Positions 28,486 to 32,000 of a DNA stretch of 32,000 nt are shown one piece after another; positions within the stretch are counted from its first letter, which is position 1, and each line of letters starts with the position of its first letter. The stretch lies in contig NC_007335.2 of the NCBI RefSeq assembly GCF_000012465.1, positions 300,001 to 332,000 on the forward strand, given 5' to 3'. The DNA comes from Prochlorococcus marinus str. NATL2A (GTDB lineage Bacteria > Cyanobacteriota > Cyanobacteriia > PCC-6307 > Cyanobiaceae). The notes under the pieces were generated by a model that had not been told where the DNA came from, did not search any database, and was given only the letters and a program-made list of their open reading frames with translations. The position numbers and the translations under genes are program-made.

Positions 28486-29235
28486 TTAATTACTTGAAAG
28501 TTCTTCAGATATTTTTTGAACCTCTTTTAAAGATTGATCAAACTCTTCAGATAGTGAAGGATTTAAAGCAATTAATTGAGTTTTTGCCTTTAGGTATTGT
28601 CCATTTACTTTTGACTCGACTCGCTTCATTTTATGAGGGATAGTTAAATAACGATGAGTTTGGGTAATTTTTGATCTTTCTGAGATTGATTCGTTTGCAA
28701 CTTTTTTTCTTAATTTAATGACAGCATCAAATATTGCTTCAGGTCTTGGAGGACATCCAGGAAGGTAAAGATCAACAGGTATTAACTTATCAACACCTCT
28801 GACTGCCGTGGTGGAGTCTGCGCTGAACATTCCACCAGTAATAGTGCAAGCTCCCATAGCTATTACGTATTTGGGATCTGGCATTTGCTCATAAAGCCTT
28901 ACAAGAGCAGGTGCCATTTTCATTGTGACGGTGCCTGCCACTATTAGTAGATCTGCTTGTCTAGGAGAACTCCTAGGTACTAATCCAAATCTGTCAAAAT
29001 CAAATCTAGATCCAATTAGAGCTGCAAATTCAATAAAACAACAAGCAGTTCCATAAAGAAGAGGCCAAAGACTACTTAGTCTTGCCCAGTTATGAAGATC
29101 TTCAAGGCTAGTGAGGATTATGTTTTCGCTTAAATCATTCGTTACTGTCGGCGTCCCAACTGGACCGCAGGAAGCTTCTCTAAGATTTCTTACAGCTTCA
29201 GAAGAGGGAGATTTTTTCAAGGGATTCAACTCCAT
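28486..29235 (-). CDS. ndhK: NAD(P)H-quinone oxidoreductase (NDH-1) subunit K
   Basis: 249 aa, NuoB-type, with Fe-S ligand motifs [19 protein letters not shown] and LPGCPPRPE. The ATG at 29235 overlaps ndhC by 10 nt. Confidence 0.95.
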   Translation of the reverse strand: MELNPLKKSPSSEAVRNLREASCGPVGTPTVTNDLSENIILTSLEDLHNWARLSSLWPLLYGTACCFIEFAALIGSRFDFDRFGLVPRSSPRQADLLIVAGTVTMKMAPALVRLYEQMPDPKYVIAMGACTITGGMFSADSTTAVRGVDKLIPVDLYLPGCPPRPEAIFDAVIKLRKKVANESISERSKITQTHRYLTIPHKMKRVESKVNGQYLKAKTQLIALNPSLSEEFDQSLKEVQKISEELSSN

Positions 29236-29588
29236 TCAAGGGCACCTTTTCTCCATGCGTATGCTAATGCCACAACTAGTATTGTGATAAAAACAAGAGC
29301 TTCTATAAATGCTAATAACCCAAGTTTGTGAAATGCAACTGCCCATGGGTAAAGGAATACTGTCTCCACATCAAATATAACGAAAACAAGAGCAAACATG
29401 TAGTAACGAATATTAAATTGAATCCATGCCCCTCCAATGGGCTCCATACCAGATTCATATGTAAGCTGTCTTTCTCCTGCCTTGCTTTTTGGAGCTATTA
29501 ACTTATTTGTTGTGAGAGCAAGAATTGGAACTGCTCCAGAAATAAGAAGAAATCCTAAAAAATACTCATAACCCTGAAGGGAAAACAT
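29226..29588 (-). CDS. ndhC: NAD(P)H-quinone oxidoreductase (NDH-1) subunit 3
   Basis: 120 aa, a three-helix NuoA-type protein containing YESGMEPIG and [12 protein letters not shown]. Confidence 0.95.
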   Translation of the reverse strand: MFSLQGYEYFLGFLLISGAVPILALTTNKLIAPKSKAGERQLTYESGMEPIGGAWIQFNIRYYMFALVFVIFDVETVFLYPWAVAFHKLGLLAFIEALVFITILVVALAYAWRKGALEWS

Positions 29589-29648
29589 GAATGAATTACT
29601 GATTTCATTATCAGTCTGACAGTCATTTTCTAGATTAGTGCCATAGAG

Positions 29649-30098
29649 TTGTTATGTGTGAAAGTGAAAACTGTGAGTGAAGACAAAAAAACAGAATCAA
29701 ATCCTTTGGGAGATTTGAATCTTGATGCACAACAAAATCAAGTTATTTCATTTGAACCAAAAAACTCAAACGAGGAATTTGATCCAAAAGGAAATCGCTT
29801 CGAATGTATGAGCTGTGGTTTTATTTATGATCCTGATGAGGGTATAAAAAAGCTAAATATTGAACCAGGAACAGCATTCCTAGACATAGATAGAGAGAAG
29901 TTTAGATGTCCAGTCTGTCGAGTAGGATTTGGTGGATACAAGGATATTGGCCCTAAATCAAAGCCTAGTGGATTTGAAGAAAACCTTACTTATGGCTTTG
30001 GATTTAATAAACTTCCTTCAGGCCAGAAAAACGTTCTTATTTTTGGAAGTCTGGCTTTAGCCGCTGCCTGTTTTCTCTCTCTTTATTCTTTGAAATGA
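29649..30098 (+). CDS. rubA: Membrane-anchored rubredoxin
   Basis: It has a rubredoxin core ([10 protein letters not shown]...FRCPVCRV, two CxxC pairs) and a C-terminal transmembrane helix ([20 protein letters not shown]). The start is uncertain: TTG at 29649, or GTG at 29658, 29664 or 29673. The stop overlaps the ycf48 ATG. Confidence 0.85.
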   Translation: MLCVKVKTVSEDKKTESNPLGDLNLDAQQNQVISFEPKNSNEEFDPKGNRFECMSCGFIYDPDEGIKKLNIEPGTAFLDIDREKFRCPVCRVGFGGYKDIGPKSKPSGFEENLTYGFGFNKLPSGQKNVLIFGSLALAAACFLSLYSLK

Positions 30099-31111
30099 AA
30101 CGTCTGTTTTCAAATGTCATTAATTTGACCCTTGTCTTAATAGTTGGAGTAGCTCTTAGTGGTTGTACTGTTAGCAATGCTTCCATAGGCTCATCAAGTC
30201 CTTGGTCACTAGTTGACCTAGATACTGAAGCAAATCCACTAGATGTTGACTTTGTAGATGACAAAAATGGGTTCTTAGTAGGGACAAACAGATTAATTCT
30301 TGAGACAAATGATGGAGGAATAACTTGGAAAGAAAGAAATTTAGACATACCAAGCGAAGGTAATTTTCGTTTAATAAGCGTTGATTTCAAAGGCCAAGAA
30401 GGTTGGATTGCAGGTCAACCAGGATTGATTCTTCATACCACTGATGGAGGAAAAAATTGGACTCGTCTTGATTTGGGAAATAAGTTACCTGGAGATCCGT
30501 ATTTGATAACAACAATTGATACTGATATTGCTGAGTTAGCAACTACTGCCGGGGCAATTTATAAAACTACCGATGCTGGTACCAATTGGGAAGCAATCGT
30601 TGTTGATACTTCTGGCTCTGGAGGCATAAGAGAATTAAGACGTACAAATAACGGTGGATATATAAGTGTTAGTAGCCTTGGTAACTTCTTCTCAGTCCTA
30701 AGACCTGGAGAAGAGATATGGAGCCCTCATCAAAGAGCAAGTAGTAAGAGAGTTCAAAGTGTTGGTGAACAGCCAAATGGTGATTTATGGATGCTTTCTA
30801 GAGGAGCTGAAATCAGATTTAATGCAGATCCTGATGATATCGATTCATGGTCAAAGCCCATTATCCCAATAGTTAATGGGTATAACTATCAAGATCTTGT
30901 TTGGGATCCATCTAAGTCGATTTGGGCCGCTGGAGGAAATGGAACTTTATTAGTGAGCAATGATGAGGGAAAAACTTGGGAAAAAGACCCTGTTGGTGAA
31001 TCTGTTCCAACAAATTTCATAAGAATTCTATTTCTGGACGATTTAAACAGTGAGAGTCCTAAGGGATTTGTATTTGGAGAAAGGGGCAATTTACTGCGGT
31101 GGCAGGGTTGA
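30095..31111 (+). CDS. ycf48: Photosystem II assembly/stability factor Ycf48 (HCF136 homologue)
   Basis: 338 aa. It has a lipoprotein signal peptide with lipobox LSGC and repeated TxDGGxTW beta-propeller blades (TNDGGITW, TTDGGKNW, TTDAGTNW, SNDEGKTW). Confidence 0.9.
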   Translation: MKRLFSNVINLTLVLIVGVALSGCTVSNASIGSSSPWSLVDLDTEANPLDVDFVDDKNGFLVGTNRLILETNDGGITWKERNLDIPSEGNFRLISVDFKGQEGWIAGQPGLILHTTDGGKNWTRLDLGNKLPGDPYLITTIDTDIAELATTAGAIYKTTDAGTNWEAIVVDTSGSGGIRELRRTNNGGYISVSSLGNFFSVLRPGEEIWSPHQRASSKRVQSVGEQPNGDLWMLSRGAEIRFNADPDDIDSWSKPIIPIVNGYNYQDLVWDPSKSIWAAGGNGTLLVSNDEGKTWEKDPVGESVPTNFIRILFLDDLNSESPKGFVFGERGNLLRWQG

Positions 31112-31186
31112 AATCATAAATTTTTGATGATTTCCATGACTCTGTGTAACCACCTTGCAACACAGACCGTTTCTTTTGGTTTCGCT

Positions 31187-31195
31187 TGATAAGAT
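31187..31195 (+). promoter_or_regulatory. Candidate extended -10 promoter element for the psbE operon
   Basis: TGATAAGAT (TGn + TAAGAT) lies 24 nt upstream of the psbE ATG. There is no good -35 element. This is a weak, sequence-only call. Confidence 0.3.
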
Positions 31196-31218
31196 CACTG
31201 AGCTGATTAAGTGAGGCT

Positions 31219-31467
31219 ATGGCTGCCGGCTCTACCGGGGAACGCCCGTTTTTTGAGATCATTACTAGTGTCCGCTATTGGATTATCCATGCGGTAGCAC
31301 TTCCTGCGATCTTCGTGGCAGGATTCTTATTTGTGTCTTCTGGGCTTGCCTACGACGCTTTTGGAACTCCTAGACCAGATACGTATTTTCAGGCTGGAGA
31401 AAGCAAAGCTCCTGTTGTTGTTCAGCGCTTTGATTCCAAGGCGGAACTTGACACGCGTCTGAAATAA
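31219..31467 (+). CDS. psbE: Cytochrome b559 alpha subunit
   Basis: 82 aa containing [27 protein letters not shown]...[13 protein letters not shown], an unmistakable PsbE sequence with the haem-ligand His. Confidence 0.97.
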
Positions 31468-31496
31468 ACAAATTTCATCTGATTGCTTTATTATCC

Positions 31497-31616
31497 ATGC
31501 AAGTCAATCCAAATCCAAATAAAGTTCCGGTTGAATTAAACCGAACTAGTCTTTATCTTGGACTCTTACTTGTTTTTGTAATGGGAATTCTTTTTTCCAG
31601 TTACTTCTTTAACTAA
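31497..31616 (+). CDS. psbL: Photosystem II reaction centre protein L
   Basis: This gene is not in the ORF track because it is only 39 aa. ATG at 31497 to TAA at 31614-31616 translates to [39 protein letters not shown], the PsbL signature. Confidence 0.93.
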
Positions 31617-31627
31617 ATCTCTTTATC

Positions 31628-31825
31628 ATGAGCAAATTAAAAGGACCTGATGGACGAGCAGGAGATCGTCTGCCAAATGGTATGCCTGCAGTCTCCTGGG
31701 AAAGAAGGTGGACAGAGGGAGCACTACCTTTGTGGTTAGTCGCTACTGCAGGTGGAACAGCTGTTATTTTTGTTCTTGGTATTTTCTTTTACGGTTCTTA
31801 CACTGGTATTGGTAACGCTGGTTAG
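31628..31825 (+). CDS. psbJ: Photosystem II reaction centre protein J (with an N-terminal extension)
   Basis: The C-terminal 40 aa ([33 protein letters not shown]) match PsbJ. The ORF is 65 aa from the ATG at 31628, and an internal ATG at codon 19 is an alternative start. Confidence 0.9.
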   Translation: MSKLKGPDGRAGDRLPNGMPAVSWERRWTEGALPLWLVATAGGTAVIFVLGIFFYGSYTGIGNAG

Positions 31826-31864
31826 TTTTAACTAGAAAAATACTATTTTTTTGAAATAACTTAA

Positions 31865-31898
31865 AACCAACTGACTTTTATTGTTAGTTGGTTTTTTT
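31865..31898. terminator. Intrinsic terminator hairpin, probably bidirectional, shared by the psbE-L-J operon and the convergent downstream gene
   Basis: AACCAACTGAC (31865-31875) pairs with GTTAGTTGGTT (31883-31893) as an 11-bp stem with one G-U pair. The loop is the 7-nt TTTTATT. A T-run at 31892-31898 follows on the + strand and a short T-run follows on the - strand. Confidence 0.6.
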
Positions 31899-32000
31899 AA
31901 TGCCAATATTTATCCGTAAATAATTTGATCTTGCTTTTAGTCTTTTCTGGAACATGCTCTTCTGGGGTGACTAAGGCATCTTTTAATGCACTGTGAAAAG
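31897..32000 (-). CDS. 3' end of an unidentified convergent gene (partial; start outside the window)
   Basis: The minus-strand frame is open from the window edge for 33 codons (...FHSALKDALVTPEEHVPEKTKSKIKLFTDKYWH) to TAA at 31899-31897, next to the terminator hairpin. It is too short to name. Confidence 0.35.
   Translation of the reverse strand, partial: FHSALKDALVTPEEHVPEKTKSKIKLFTDKYWH

Noticed and set aside
29598-29625. Two small palindromes (ACTGAT-6 nt-ATCAGT and TGACAGTCA) in the ndhC/rubA divergent spacer, considered as a possible operator.
   Set aside because: They have only 6-bp and 4-bp arms, are compatible with chance, and match no regulator consensus I recognise (NtcA GTA-N8-TAC is absent).
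707-31262. Short ORFs from the track that lie inside or antisense to recognised genes: 707-892, 1251-1436, 4629-4877, 6331-6543, 9024-9221, 9658-9843, 10585-10884, 12057-12368, 15529-15825, 20098-20436, 21354-21554, 21463-21651, 22118-22381, 22326-22538, 22594-22887, 23703-23921, 30037-30390, 30171-30353, 30889-31089 and 31059-31262.
   Set aside because: Each is fully overlapped by a longer gene whose product has clear family motifs. Their translations are low-complexity or rich in Ser/Leu/Phe, with no recognisable motif. Such shadow ORFs are expected in this kind of DNA.
1-32000. A search for CRISPR repeats, IS/transposase or integrase genes, phage modules, toxin-antitoxin pairs, restriction-modification or other defence genes, rRNA genes, and long direct or inverted repeats.
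   Set aside because: I saw none. Every ORF of at least 100 aa is accounted for by a housekeeping or photosynthesis family, and spacers are too short to hold such elements. A by-eye scan cannot fully exclude dispersed repeats, so a self-dot-plot would be the decisive check.

Overview
This is a densely packed, AT-rich core-genome segment of a marine picocyanobacterium, most consistent with Prochlorococcus. That taxon call is an inference from the translated proteins (PsbE, PsbL, N-terminally extended PsbJ, PsbK, NdhC/K/J, ChlD, Ycf48, membrane-anchored rubredoxin) and from very short spacers with many overlapping start/stop codons. I can support 37 protein-coding genes, two of them partial at the window edges. 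Two of them, psbK and psbL, fall below the size cut-off of the supplied ORF track and were found by reading the sequence. I can also support one tRNA (anticodon CAT), one good intrinsic terminator and two weak promoter candidates. Gene content is housekeeping: isoprenoid, purine, pyrimidine, histidine, folate, fatty-acid and cobalamin steps, tRNA modification, chlorophyll synthesis, the NDH-1 core, and PSII subunits and assembly factors. I see no CRISPR array, transposase, integrase, phage gene, toxin-antitoxin pair or recognisable defence island, and no convincing evidence for a new multi-gene system, so most of the window is ordinary. The observations worth a second look are these. (1) psbF is missing from its canonical slot, with only 29 nt between psbE and psbL. 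(2) cobS has a conserved N-terminal coding region with no ATG/GTG/TTG start. (3) There is an uncharacterised Cas4-like plus RNase-H-like (TM0106-type) nuclease gene that is very AT-rich. (4) The one large intergenic region (315 nt) may hold a small RNA or peptide, and it carries a promoter-like pair placed for a leaderless histidine-kinase mRNA. All functional calls come from motif recognition by eye. No database search was run.
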